A stretch of DNA of 64,000 nucleotides from an uncultured archaeon (GTDB lineage: Archaea > Thermoproteota > Nitrososphaeria > Nitrososphaerales > Gagatemarchaeaceae), in the NCBI GenBank assembly GCA_963799775.1, contig CAWCYD010000003.1:256001-320000 (forward strand). Direction: 5' to 3'. Each line of letters begins with the position of its first letter. The stretch's first letter is position 1. Shown here piece by piece: positions 17,929 to 28,790 of the stretch. The notes below the pieces were generated by a model. That model was not told where the DNA came from. It ran no database searches and saw nothing but the letters and a program-made list of their open reading frames with translations. The position numbers and the translations under genes were made by a program.

Positions 17929-18969
17929 TTGACGGATGTTCCTGCGCTAGTTCTCAAAAGTCGCCTTGCAGAATTGATTTCGCGGAGCTCCGCTCTCAGA
18001 CTTGCAGCTGATCCGACGGACCATCGAGCCTGTTGCATTGCTCGGTTCGGCGGAACCCACGCACAAACTCGCGATTGCCCGGCGCGCCTCTTTTGCGAAG
18101 ATGGGGGAATCGTGATACCCACCGGCCTGAGCGATGGCCCTTTTCGAAGACCGCGATCACCTAACTTTCGAATCCCCAGACTCATCCCGCTGGTGAACCC
18201 GCTCGACGAGAGGACATTCGCCCATAGACATCTCGAAGGCGTCTTTCCGATGCTGGCTGTCCAATTATGGAAGATAGTGAGGAGCGGTCCCGCGTACCGT
18301 ACGGCCGTCTCGAAGGGACTGAACCGGATGCTGAGGTTCGATGGGAAGATCTTGATCTCCAGCGTACTGCCGGACGCAGATATCATAGAGAGGGGTGTGG
18401 ACTGGTTCATCGACGCGATTAGGGAGCTGAAACCTGATGCTGTGACGACTTGGGATGTCCCGACCTATTCCGACCATCCTAGGATGGCCTCGCTCAACTG
18501 GATGATGACCGGGCTTGATGCAGCGAGACGGATGTCACTCGAGCTTGACACGCCTCTTATTGGGCTCGCGGCAGGAGCTGACATCCGCCAAGTGGGGTTG
18601 TCATCGTCCTGCTTACGGGCGATGGGTTTCGAGCACCAGGCACTCGCATGCCACGAGTTGCTGGTCGAGAGACGACACCGATACCTGAGATCGTGCGCGG
18701 AATTGGTAAAAAGCAACTGTTCTCACATGACGTTGCTGTCCTGTTCTCATCCAAACCTGTTTGAGAAGTTCAAGATGGCGGACCATTTTGTCGGGATGTC
18801 CTGGTTCAACCAGGCCATCAGGGGACGGCGACCGCGGAGCAGGTCAAACAAGGTTGGTCACGGAAGCAAGGAGACCATCGACTTGACGAGGGAGAATCTG
18901 GTTGAAACCCTCCGCGCTTTACGCGAGTCATTCCCAACTGACCACGAGGAGGCGAACGACACTGGGTAG
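17929..18969 (+). CDS. DUF4417-like / transglycosylase(TGT)-like TIM-barrel protein
   Basis: PDADIIER...DAVTTWDVPTYSDHPRMASLNW...PLIGLAAG resembles the DUF4417 core (D..fE...avlsPDFSlY.DmP...wN); Cys-rich N-terminus; recognised by eye only. Confidence 0.5.
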   Translation: MTDVPALVLKSRLAELISRSSALRLAADPTDHRACCIARFGGTHAQTRDCPARLFCEDGGIVIPTGLSDGPFRRPRSPNFRIPRLIPLVNPLDERTFAHRHLEGVFPMLAVQLWKIVRSGPAYRTAVSKGLNRMLRFDGKILISSVLPDADIIERGVDWFIDAIRELKPDAVTTWDVPTYSDHPRMASLNWMMTGLDAARRMSLELDTPLIGLAAGADIRQVGLSSSCLRAMGFEHQALACHELLVERRHRYLRSCAELVKSNCSHMTLLSCSHPNLFEKFKMADHFVGMSWFNQAIRGRRPRSRSNKVGHGSKETIDLTRENLVETLRALRESFPTDHEEANDTG

Positions 18970-19507
18970 GGGCAATTACTCGTCGCACTTTCCAGGGGCG
19001 AGTCAGACTGCGAACAGTTCGTCTCTTTCCGGTAAGGCAAGTGCCTCGGGTCAAACGATCTTGCCGATTGAAGGGCTCACCAACGACCAGTCTACCTGGA
19101 CAAATCCCGTTCTTGCCACTAAAGACGACGAAATCGTTCTCTATAGGGAGTACGTGCCCGCCATGTGTACTGCATTCGTCTATCAGAGAGAAGGTGGCAG
19201 GATGGAGGTCTACTTTTCTGATATCAAAGGATATCACTCTTTTGTTGCGGATAATGTATTGCCCGACGGACGGCTCGTTGAGAACAAATCGGGACTCGTT
19301 CCTATCGAGGCAAGACGTCAATTTTGGAACTACGTGATGCATATTCAGGAAACCGGAGGCTCGCTCGACCTCAATTTCTTCCGCAGTCCACTCACTGGCA
19401 AGGTGGGACCGACCGCGCCGTTCGCTTCAATCTTAAACGAGGCATCAAGAAGATACAAGATAGACATTCACTTCTTTGACTACGATTGGTGGGAGGAGCT
19501 TCTGTAA
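18962..19507 (+). CDS. hypothetical protein with (M)GRGNYSS leader, Ser-rich linker and globular C-terminal domain
   Basis: SD-like GGAGGCGA at 18948-18955, CTG start at 18962 overlapping the upstream stop. Confidence 0.6.
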   Translation: MGRGNYSSHFPGASQTANSSSLSGKASASGQTILPIEGLTNDQSTWTNPVLATKDDEIVLYREYVPAMCTAFVYQREGGRMEVYFSDIKGYHSFVADNVLPDGRLVENKSGLVPIEARRQFWNYVMHIQETGGSLDLNFFRSPLTGKVGPTAPFASILNEASRRYKIDIHFFDYDWWEELL

Positions 19508-19508
19508 C

Positions 19509-19859
19509 ATGTCAGAATACAAGGCCATGGAAGCATTGTCTTGGCTCGCGAAGAACAAGAATCCGCATGCGTTTGCGGGGAATCGCTTCCAAACAACCGC
19601 TGACACGATTGGAGCCGTCAAGCGACTCTACTCGGCCGGCGCTACGCGCGTCTCCATTGGACCTCCGTTGGAAGAGCCCGAAAGACTTCGAGAGGACGGC
19701 GGGCCTTATGCGGACGTCTTGGAAATTGCGTTTCCAAAAGACAAGATCAGCCAAATAATGTCCGTAGTCAGGACTCTGGCTCCCGATGAGGGAGGAGAAT
19801 TGAAAGACGTTCTCAAGATTGACTACATGCACCGCAGAATGATATTATGGTGGGATTGA
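19509..19859 (+). CDS. hypothetical protein (possible immunity/partner protein)
   Basis: ATG 1 nt after the upstream stop; EALSWL...FAGNRF...LYSAGA...YADVL. Confidence 0.7.
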   Translation: MSEYKAMEALSWLAKNKNPHAFAGNRFQTTADTIGAVKRLYSAGATRVSIGPPLEEPERLREDGGPYADVLEIAFPKDKISQIMSVVRTLAPDEGGELKDVLKIDYMHRRMILWWD

Positions 19860-19910
19860 GAGTTCGCGGTCCGCCAAGGCCGTAAATAATGCCGAAGCAA
19901 GAGGCACTCC

Positions 19911-20132
19911 GTGAGAAGAGCTACCTTAGGTTTAGTCACAGTCGCTTGTATCGGCGCCTTCTACGTGTTCTTCCTCTTCGTTCCGATTTTCCAGGGAATC
20001 GCGGGTGACTGTATCTTTACGCCCGGTGAGCAGCAATCCCAATCCCTTTCATTTCCTCTGATTGGGATAGGAATGACGATTGCCGGAGGACACCTTTCTT
20101 GGCGATCCAGTCCAATGCCTTCCTGCTGGTGA
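19911..20132 (+). CDS. small membrane or secreted protein
   Basis: Hydrophobic N-terminus; TATA-like TAAATAA upstream. Confidence 0.5.
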   Translation: MRRATLGLVTVACIGAFYVFFLFVPIFQGIAGDCIFTPGEQQSQSLSFPLIGIGMTIAGGHLSWRSSPMPSCW

Positions 20133-20258
20133 CCCTCGCGACACGTCAATCGTCGTTGGAAATGCTCAGAAATCACCCGTAGATTGGACAGAGCCCTTGG
20201 TCGAGGTGCAATCCTTATAAGACAATCGTCGAAGGCCTGCCGAATCGCGTGAAATAGG

Positions 20259-20570
20259 TTGGCAAGATTTCTGGCCTTCGTGGACATCTTTGTGGACTCC
20301 CCCTTAATGGACGACGTAGTGCAGGCGCTGATCAAGCTCGAGAACCTCGAAGAGCTATACGAGGTCACCGGCGAGTTCGACGTCGTCACGCTCCTGTCCG
20401 CGAAAGACATCGAAGAATTCCGAGACGTCCTGAAGAACAAGATCATGAAGATCAAGGGAGTCAAGAGCACGGTGAGCTCGGTGGTGCTAAAGGCCTACAA
20501 GGGCCCCAGGTGCATTGCTGAACCGCCTACCGCCAACGAGCCACTGAAGGCAAAACCCGTTCGTCAATAG
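20259..20570 (+). CDS. stand-alone Lrp/AsnC ligand-binding (RAM) domain protein
   Basis: YEVTGEFDVV...IMKIKGVKSTVSSVVLK; no HTH. Confidence 0.88.
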   Translation: MARFLAFVDIFVDSPLMDDVVQALIKLENLEELYEVTGEFDVVTLLSAKDIEEFRDVLKNKIMKIKGVKSTVSSVVLKAYKGPRCIAEPPTANEPLKAKPVRQ

Positions 20571-20617
20571 GCGAGGCTGCAGCAGTCTCGCCAGCAGAGG
20601 AGGAAAGTGCAAAGTGA

Positions 20618-22275
20618 ATGATAGACATATCTCAACTAATCTCAGTAATCCTGATTCTCGGGGGCACGATGGCCGTAGCGTGGCTCATCGCCTCCTACAT
20701 CACAAGGATCTACACGAGGGCACCTAGTCGCCTCGACAGGTTCCTCGCGCCTATCGAGAACTCGATCTACAAGCTCCTGGGTGTCGATCCCTCGCACGGG
20801 ATGTCTTGGAAGGAATACTTCCTAGCAGGACTGATCGTCAACATCGCCCAGATGGCGATAGCGTTCGGCATCCTCATGCTGCAGGGGAGCCTTCCGCTGA
20901 ACCCGATGGGGTTCAAGGGGATCAACTGGGACCTCGCCGTCAACACCGTGATTTCTTTCGCGACCAACACCAACCTGCAGCACTACAACGGTGAGACGAC
21001 GCTCTCGTACTTCAGCCAGATGGGCGCAATCCAGTTCCTCCAGTTCACATCGGCCGCCACTGGCATCTGCATGGGGGTGGCAATGGTCCGAGGGTTGATC
21101 GTCGGGTCGAAGGACATGGGTAACTTCTACGTAGATTTCACCAGGTCGCTCACGAGACTGCTCCTTCCGTTCTGTTTCATCGCCGCCCTGATCCTAGTCT
21201 GGATGGGCGTGCCTCAGACCATCGGAGGCTACCTCCCCATAACGACGGTGCAAGGTGCCACGGGCTCGGTCCTCGTGGGTCGCCTGTGGCCTCGCTCGTC
21301 TCGATCATGCAGCTGGGCACAAACGGCGGCGGATACTACGGAGCAAACTCCGCTCATCCGTTCATGAATCCGAGTCCTTCCTCCGACGTGCTCGAGATCT
21401 GCCTCATGCTCTTGTTGCCGACAGCCCTTGTCTTCGTCTTTGGCGAGCTTCTGGGCAAGAAGAGGGAGTCAAGACCTGTGCTCATCGGCGCCTATGCGCT
21501 CTTCGTCATAGATCTGGCGATCGCGTTCATCCCGACCATCCCGCAGGTAGCGGCTGGGATAGAGACGAGGATCGGGGGATTCTTCTCCGCCTTTTGGACC
21601 GTCGTGACCACTGCTGTGACGACGGGGTCCGTAAACACGTCGCTGTCGGCGATGCACCCTCTCGTGATACTTGGGGGCTTCATGGGGATGCTGATCCAAG
21701 CCACGCCCGGAGGGAAGGGTGTCGGATTGGCATACATGGTCATGTACATCGTGATAACCGTCTTCATCGTGGGACTCATGTCCGGGAGGACTCCTGAGTA
21801 TCTCGGGATCAAGATCAACTCACGCGACGTGAAGATAGTCCTGGTGGCCTTCCTGATTCATCCCATAGTCATCCTTGTCCCGACCATACTCGCATACGCC
21901 ACCGGAGCCGCTCAGGCAATTGGGGTATCTGGCAATTCGCTTGGATTCACCCAGATTCTCTGGGAGTACACTTCAGCCGCAGCAAACAACGGGTCTGATT
22001 TCCTAGGAGCGTCTGCGAATACCGTCTTCTTCAACATCACCACCGGGGCTGTGATCTTCATAGGACGATACGCTCCAATAGGATTGATGCTGGCCCTCGC
22101 TGGTTCGGTAATCGGAAGGAAGAGGAGCTCTGACGCCGGCGGCCTCAGGACTGACAGCTTCACCTTCTCGGCCGTGCTAATCGGGAGCATACTGATCCTC
22201 GTGGTGCTGACCTTCCTCCCGTTCCTGGCGCTCGGGCCTATTCTTTCCTACTTCCAGGGGAATGGGTATGCATAG
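20618..22275 (+). CDS. kdpA: K+-transporting ATPase subunit A (frameshift near 21280)
   Basis: SFATNTNLQHY, LGTNGGGYYGANSAHPF, GRTPEYLG, SAAANNGS. Confidence 0.95.
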
Positions 22276-24424
22276 CGAGGGCGACGCTTCTCAAGACGGC
22301 AGGATGCACGAGGCGATGCTACGCGGCAGAAAGATGTCAGTGATCTCTGGCAGAGTCCTCGCCGACTCCATTGTTCGCCTGAACCCGACAAAGCTGGTAT
22401 CCAACCCGGTCATGCTGATCGTGGAGCTGACGTTCTTCATCGTGGCCGCGATGGCGGTCTATCCGCAGGGCTTTGCTCCGGTTGCAAGTGTGAGCGAGAG
22501 GACATTCTATGTTGAGATCGCCGCGATTCTGCTGATCACGGTCTGGTTCAGCACGTTGTCGGATTCCTTGGCAGAGCAGCAGGCCAAGAACACTGCGAGC
22601 AGCCTGCGCAAGCTCGAGAGCGAGGTCCCGAGCAAGAAGATAATGACCCAGGGCTGGACAAGGACAATCGTCCAGGCATCCTCGAAAGAGCTGCGGAAGG
22701 GAGACTTGGTGCTCCTCGAGAAAGGCGACGTCGTCCCGCTCGACTCCGACGTGTTGGAGGGAATCGCCATGGTCGATGAGTCGCTGATGACCGGAGAATC
22801 TGCGCCTGTAAAGAAGGCCCCCGGCGACGTCCTCATCGGAGGCTCCAGGGTCGTGAGCGACACCCTCACCGTGAGGATCAACGCAAACCCGGGAGAGACC
22901 TACGTTGACCAGATGATACAGATGGTGGAGTCGTCGAAGAGGCCCAAGACTCCCAACGAGCAAGCCGTGACGATGGTCCTCATCGGCCTGACCGCGATCT
23001 TCACGATAATCATCGGCTCGCTGCTCGGGCTGTCGATAACGCTCAACCTCGGCGCGGACCTCTCCGTACTGATAGCCCTCTACGTCTGTCTCCTCCCAAC
23101 GACGATAGGGGCGCTGCTGCCGGCGATCGGACTGTCAGGGATATCCAGGCTCTACGCGAGGAAGATAGTGGCGAAGTCTGGGAAGGCGATCGAGACGGCC
23201 GGCGACGCCGACGTCATCCTTTTGGACAAGACCGGGACCATCACAGTGGGGAACAGGCGCGCGATAGAGTTCACCCCCCTCAACGGCCACACGGAGAAGG
23301 AGGTCGGGGAGGCCGCGTTCCTGTCGTCCTGGTCCGACGACACCCCCGAAGGGAGGAGCATTATCAACCTGGCCTACGACAAGGGTTTCGTCCCTCGCGA
23401 ACTCAATTCCTTGGCGCTCTCCGAGGTCCGCGAGTTCTCCGCTAGCACGCGGACGAGCGGAGTGAAGATAATGAGAGGCCTCGGGTTCGTCCCTGCCAAG
23501 GCCGACAAGTCAGGAGAGGCGCGAATGAGGTTCAGCAGGAAGTACGCCGAAGAGAACGGGTCTTCGGAGATCGAGATAACGAAGGGCGCTCCGGACTCGA
23601 TAAAGGAGATTCTAGGCTCGGTCTCGCCCGAATATGAGACGATCGTAACCCGGATCTCTTCAGCCGGAGAGACCCCGATGGCGGTCATGAGGAACGGGGA
23701 GCCGTTGGGGATAATCCGGCTGAAGGACGTCATGAAGGAGGGGATTAAGGAGAAGATTCAGGGAATTAGGACGCTCGGCATCCGTCCCGTCATGATCACG
23801 GGTGACCAGCCCCTCACCGCGAAGTCGATCGCGGAGGAGGTCGGCATAACGGAGTACGTGCCAAGGACTAAGCCCGAAGACAAGTTCGGGATAGTCAAGA
23901 AGGAGCAAGCCCAGGGGAGGATAGTCGCGATGATAGGCGACGGGACCAACGACGCCCCAGCCCTCGCGATGGCCGACGTCGGCCTGGCCATGAACGCTGG
24001 GACCGAGGCCGCGAAGGAGGCTGCGAACATGGTGGACCTTGAGTCGAACCCCGCCAAGATCATCGACGTCGTGCTCCTAGGGAAACAGCTCCTGATGACG
24101 AGAGGCGCTGTCACAGCATTCAGCATCGCGAACGACGTCGCAAAGTATTTCGCGATAATGCCGGTGCTCTTCGCCGCGACCATCCCGCAGCTCGAGGCGC
24201 TCAACATCCTGGGGCTGGGCCTCCACACGGCCGTGCTCTCCGCGTTGATCTTCAACGCAATCATCATCCCGCTGCTCATCCCGCTCGCCATGCGAGGGGT
24301 CTCGTTCAAGCCCGCCGACACGATGACGATATTCCTGAGGAACGTCCTGATCTACGGAATCGGCGGCGTAATCGTCCCCTTCGTCGGGATTAAGCTGATC
24401 GACGTCCTGATATCGGCCTTGTAG
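22262..24424 (+). CDS. kdpB: K+-transporting ATPase subunit B
   Basis: TGES, CLLPTTIG, DKTGT, GDGTNDAPALA, TAFSIANDVAKYF. Confidence 0.97.
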   Translation: MGMHSEGDASQDGRMHEAMLRGRKMSVISGRVLADSIVRLNPTKLVSNPVMLIVELTFFIVAAMAVYPQGFAPVASVSERTFYVEIAAILLITVWFSTLSDSLAEQQAKNTASSLRKLESEVPSKKIMTQGWTRTIVQASSKELRKGDLVLLEKGDVVPLDSDVLEGIAMVDESLMTGESAPVKKAPGDVLIGGSRVVSDTLTVRINANPGETYVDQMIQMVESSKRPKTPNEQAVTMVLIGLTAIFTIIIGSLLGLSITLNLGADLSVLIALYVCLLPTTIGALLPAIGLSGISRLYARKIVAKSGKAIETAGDADVILLDKTGTITVGNRRAIEFTPLNGHTEKEVGEAAFLSSWSDDTPEGRSIINLAYDKGFVPRELNSLALSEVREFSASTRTSGVKIMRGLGFVPAKADKSGEARMRFSRKYAEENGSSEIEITKGAPDSIKEILGSVSPEYETIVTRISSAGETPMAVMRNGEPLGIIRLKDVMKEGIKEKIQGIRTLGIRPVMITGDQPLTAKSIAEEVGITEYVPRTKPEDKFGIVKKEQAQGRIVAMIGDGTNDAPALAMADVGLAMNAGTEAAKEAANMVDLESNPAKIIDVVLLGKQLLMTRGAVTAFSIANDVAKYFAIMPVLFAATIPQLEALNILGLGLHTAVLSALIFNAIIIPLLIPLAMRGVSFKPADTMTIFLRNVLIYGIGGVIVPFVGIKLIDVLISAL

Positions 24425-24432
24425 GCGAGAGC

Positions 24433-24903
24433 ATGGAAGAGCCAAACAAGACCAAGAAGAGCTCCAATCACGCAAGGCCGATCATAGGGATCGCGATAGT
24501 CTCCCTGCTGATCTGCGGATTGTTCTTTCCGCTCCTCATCACCGCGGTCGCGCAACTGGCGTTCCCGTACCAGGCGAACGGGGAGATCGCGTATCTCCAC
24601 GGGCAGCCGGTAGGATCGGTGGTCGCGGTGAACTCGACGGACTACTCTGCGCCCGTCTTCTTCCACCTCAGGAACGACTCGGCATCGGGATTCGATCCTG
24701 ACATCACGATACAGGATGCCCAGGCACAGATCCCAGGCATAAGTAGCGCCACAGGGATCCCAACGTCATCTATCCAGACGATAGTGAGCCAGAACACGGA
24801 AGGCGTCTGGTGGATCTTCGGGAGCCCATACGCCAACGTGCAGAAGATGAACCTGGCCTTGATAGCGCAGTTCCCGTCTGTCTACGCGAACTACACGGCC
24901 TAG
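24433..24903 (+). CDS. kdpC: K+-transporting ATPase subunit C
   Basis: FPYQANG, SASGFDPDIT, NLAL. Confidence 0.93.
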   Translation: MEEPNKTKKSSNHARPIIGIAIVSLLICGLFFPLLITAVAQLAFPYQANGEIAYLHGQPVGSVVAVNSTDYSAPVFFHLRNDSASGFDPDITIQDAQAQIPGISSATGIPTSSIQTIVSQNTEGVWWIFGSPYANVQKMNLALIAQFPSVYANYTA

Positions 24904-25211
24904 TGTTGGACCTTACGCTTCTTTCTCTTCTCTTCTTCGGCCTTTAGCTTCTTGGCCTTCATCTCGGCCTTCTTCTTATCGAAGGCGCCGAGGGGCGCGT
25001 CGCTCTCGACCCACCCGTGCGCTATCGTTATGATGTTTTTCACGAGCCTCTTCGTCTCAGGGTCGTTCTTCGAGAGGACCACCTTCAGGTTCCTCCTGTC
25101 GAGGACGGCGAACTCGGGGGGCTTTTCCATCTTCTTGATCTCGTCCACAGCGCGTTCCAGAGCATACTCGTTGCCGAAGAGCCCCCGTACCTCCCAATCC
25201 CCGCCAGCCAT
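24900..25211 (-). CDS. hypothetical protein with Lys-rich tail
   Basis: ORF from MAGGDWEV with host-like codon usage. Confidence 0.65.
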   Translation of the reverse strand: MAGGDWEVRGLFGNEYALERAVDEIKKMEKPPEFAVLDRRNLKVVLSKNDPETKRLVKNIITIAHGWVESDAPLGAFDKKKAEMKAKKLKAEEEKRKKRKVQH

Positions 25212-25327
25212 GTCCGACCTCCGGCTAGTGGAGTGGATAAAAGTGTTAGAGGGAGAGGCGCGAACCAGCTCGGTCCCTAAACTCCGACTCACGCGTTAAA
25301 TACTCCCGGTCAGGCTCGGGATTTTTG

Positions 25328-28051
25328 ATGCCGAACGCGGAGAGGTCGTTCGATTTCGCACTCGACAGGATCGAGACCCGTAAAGGGAAGGCGGACTTCT
25401 GCAACCTTCGGAAGGTCTCCGAGCGCGGACACGAGATAAGCCGTCTCCCGTACTCGATCAAGATACTTCTCGAGAACGCGATCCGCCACTCAAAATCCGT
25501 CGAGGGGGCGTCGGAGGCGGCGAACAGGCTCCTCGAATGGCCGCGGAGCGTCGGCTCTGAGTTCCCTTTCATGCCCTACCGGGTCCCTCTTGCAGGACTA
25601 CACGGGCGTGCCTCTCATAGTCGACCTGGCCGCGATGCGGGACGCGATGGCGAGCAGAGGAAATGGACCCGACCAAGATCAACTCGATAGCCCCGATCGA
25701 CCTTGTGATCGACCACTCCGTCCAGGTCGACAGCTGGGGAAACTCTATCTCCTTCGAGTACAACATCGAGAAGGAGTACGAGAGGAACTCGGAGAGGTAC
25801 GCCTTGCTAAGGTGGGCGCAAGACTCCTTCAAGAACATGAGAGTCTTCCCTCCCGGTAAAGGTATCTGTCATCAGGTCAACCTCGAGTTTCTCTCGACGG
25901 TGGTCGCGGTCGGCGAGAGGGAGGGGAGGCGCTTCGTCTGCCCCGACAGCGTCGTCGGGACCGACTCCCACACGCCGATGGTCAATGGCGTTGGGGTTCT
26001 CGGATGGGGGGTCGGCGGGTTGGAGGCTGAGGCTGCCATGCTCGGCGAACCATGCCACATACCAATCCCTAGGGTCGTCGGAGTCAAGCTCAAGGGCGAG
26101 CTGCAAGAAGGGGCGACGACGACCGACCTCGTGCTCTTCATCACGGAGCTCTTGAGACGCAAGAACGTCGTCGACGCCTTCGTCGAGTACTTCGGCGAGG
26201 GGTACCTCAAGCTGTCTGTCCCAGACCGGGCCACGCTGGGTAACATGTCGCCCGAGTATGGCGCCACGGTTGGGTTCTCCCCTGTCGACGATGCTACGCT
26301 CAGGTATCTCAACGACACCGGAAGGGACGAAGCTCAGATCAGGCTGGTCGAGGAATACTGTCGGCTCCAAGGCCTCTTTCTCACTCCTGAATCACCCGAT
26401 CCGCACTACTCGGAGGTGCTCGAGGTCGACATGTCCAAGATCGTCCCATCAGTCGCTGGCCCGAGGAACCCGGAGGAATGGCACTCGCTCAAGGACATGC
26501 CCAAGGTCGGTCGCTCCTTGATCGGCGAGCAGTCGCGGTCTAGGACGACGGTAGCGCAAGCCGGCTCGGTCCAGAGCGGGACCGTGCAGCTGGAGGAGAC
26601 TATGGCTCTCCCAAAGCAGGGCCCTGGCCAGAGCGCCGAAGGGCTGGACGACGGCTCGGTGATAATCGCCGCCATAACTAGCTGCACGAACACATCGAAC
26701 CCGACCGTGATGATAGGCGCGGGCCTCCTCGCCAGGAACGCGGTAGCGAAGGGTCTGGCGCCAAAGCCATACGTGAAATGCAGCCTCGCCCCCGGTTCCA
26801 CCGTCGTCAAGGACTACCTGGACGGGTCGGGCCTCCTGAGACCCCTGGACGAGCTAGGATTCTATCTCGTCGGCTACGGGTGCACGACGTGCATAGGCAA
26901 CAGCGGCCCTCTCTCCCCTGCGGTGGAGGAGGCGATAACAAAGAATGAACCTCTACACGGTGGCGGTCCTGAGCGGGAACAGGAACTTCGACGGCAGGAT
27001 CAACAGGCTCGCAAGAGGCGCCTTTCTGATGTCCCCGATGCTGGTGGTCGCCTACGCCATCGCGGGGAACGTGCAGTTCGACTTTGACAGGCCTCTCGGC
27101 GTCTCGAAGGTAGATGGCACGCCAGTTTACTTGCGAGACATCTGGCCGAGAATGAAGGAGATCAAGCAGGTCGCCGAAAGGTCGCTGAACCGCGGTCTCT
27201 ACGAGAAGCGATACGCAGAGGCACTCGTCGGCGACGATAGCTGGAACCAACTCGTCTCAAAGCCCAGCGAGACGTTCCCCTGGGACGAAACGTCAACCTA
27301 TGTCAGGAGCCCTCCTTGGTTCAAGGAAGGAAGCACCTCCGCCCCTCGAGACATCAAGGGCGCACGCGCTCTCGCGCTCTTCGAGGACAAGATAACCACC
27401 GACCACATCTCGCCTGCGGGGGCGATCCCGGCTGACAGCCCCGCGGGCAAGTTCCTGATGGAGCACGGCGTCGAGATGATCAACTTCAGCACATACGGGA
27501 GCAGGAGAGGAGACCACGAGGTGATGGTCAGGGGGACGTTCAGCAACACTCGCCTCGAGAATCTTCTTGCCGAAGGCAAGGTCGGCGGGTTCACGAAACA
27601 CTTCCCCACAGGGGAGATCATCCCCATCTTCGAAGCGTCCGAGAGATACGCTCAGCAGGGCGCGCCTCTTCTGGTGATCGCTGGCAAGCAGTACGGGGGC
27701 GGCAGCTCCCGTGATTGGGCAGCCAAAGGCCCGAAGCTCCTAGGAGTGAAGGCCGTCATCGCAGAAAGCTTCGAGAGGATCCACCGGAGCAACCTGGTCG
27801 CCATGGGGGTGCTCCCGCTGGAGTTCCTTCCGGGCGACGGGGCCAAGAAGCTCGGCCTGAACGGCGACGAGACCTACACTATACGAGGGATAGAAGGGCT
27901 CAAGCCCGGGGCATTGCTGGAGGTCATGGCCGCTTCGAAGGAGAAGGAAACGAGGTTCAAGGTGAAGGCCAGGATCGACAACCCGACCGAGCTAGGATAT
28001 TTTGAGGTGGGAGGGGTCTTGCAGTACACACTCAATCGGCTCTCCCGCTAG
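25328..28051 (+). CDS. acnA: aconitate hydratase A (frameshifts near 25585, 25663 and 26946)
   Basis: QDYTGVP, DHSVQVD, GTDSHT, TSCTNTSNP, GCTTCIGNSG, TTDHISP, SSRDWAAKG. Confidence 0.95.
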
Positions 28052-28071
28052 AGGCGCCGTCTTCCTGGGCT

Positions 28072-28296
28072 TCACTTGGTCCTCGTCCCGCGGGCCAGCC
28101 ACAGCAGGCCGAACGCGGCGAGACCGAGCATCCCGATTATGCCCGTGACCGCGATCATCCCAGTCGAAACCACGAACGTCCCGGACGGCGTCGCTAGCGC
28201 CTGGAGCGCCGTCATCCCGATCGCCGCGACCGAGAAAACAAGTGCGACCCCAGCAGCGAGTATCATCGCCTTCTCGATGCCATTCATTCTGGCCAT
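28072..28296 (-). CDS. small 2-TM membrane protein
   Basis: Hydrophobic 74-aa ORF. Confidence 0.55.
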   Translation of the reverse strand: MARMNGIEKAMILAAGVALVFSVAAIGMTALQALATPSGTFVVSTGMIAVTGIIGMLGLAAFGLLWLARGTRTK

Positions 28297-28499
28297 TCCC
28301 TAGGGTTCCGGGTCTTTTCAAGGGCCGGATAAGAATTCTGGCCTCGACCCTCGTTATGGACCTGAAAGATGTCGATTTCCTCCCCAGATTTGACCCTGAA
28401 ATTCTTAAATAACTCCCGCAAGCGGTCTTTTTTTGGGTCCTTTAGAGTGTATTCTAGACCTATGCTAGGGTCAATTATGAATGGAGGAAGAGCCGTATA

Positions 28500-28784
28500 A
28501 TGCCGACTAAGGCAAAGACGACAAGAGCGAAGAAGACAGAGGAGGAACTGCCTTTCAAGATCACCGACCATCTGCTCGTGCCAAAGCACGAGCTCATGCC
28601 CCCTGAGGAGGTCTCAGGGATTCTGAAGAGGTTCAACGCGTCTCCGCACGAGTTCCCGTTCGTCCTCTCGACGGATCCTGCAGCGAAATCGATCGGAGCG
28701 AAGCCAGGGGATTTCGTCAAGGTCACGAGAGCATCAGAGACCGCAGGCGAGACGGTCTACTACAGGTACGTGGTGGAGACATAG
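28500..28784 (+). CDS. rpoH: RNA polymerase subunit H (Rpo5)
   Basis: HLLVPKHEL...DPAAKSIGAKPGD...YYRYV. Confidence 0.97.
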   Translation: MPTKAKTTRAKKTEEELPFKITDHLLVPKHELMPPEEVSGILKRFNASPHEFPFVLSTDPAAKSIGAKPGDFVKVTRASETAGETVYYRYVVET

Positions 28785-28790
28785 AGAGCA

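Larger units (their letters stand above)
16068..20232. mobile_element. AT-richer genomic island bounded by the 15-bp direct repeat TAAGACAATCGTCGA
   Basis: Identical 15-mer at 16068-16082 and 20218-20232, coinciding with the change in composition and gene content. Confidence 0.6.

Noticed and set aside
17052-20156. Extra CAATCGTC words inside the island as cassette recombination sites
   Set aside because: The same short word also occurs in ordinary coding sequence (e.g. kdpB and the cystathionine lyase), so it is not distinguishable from chance
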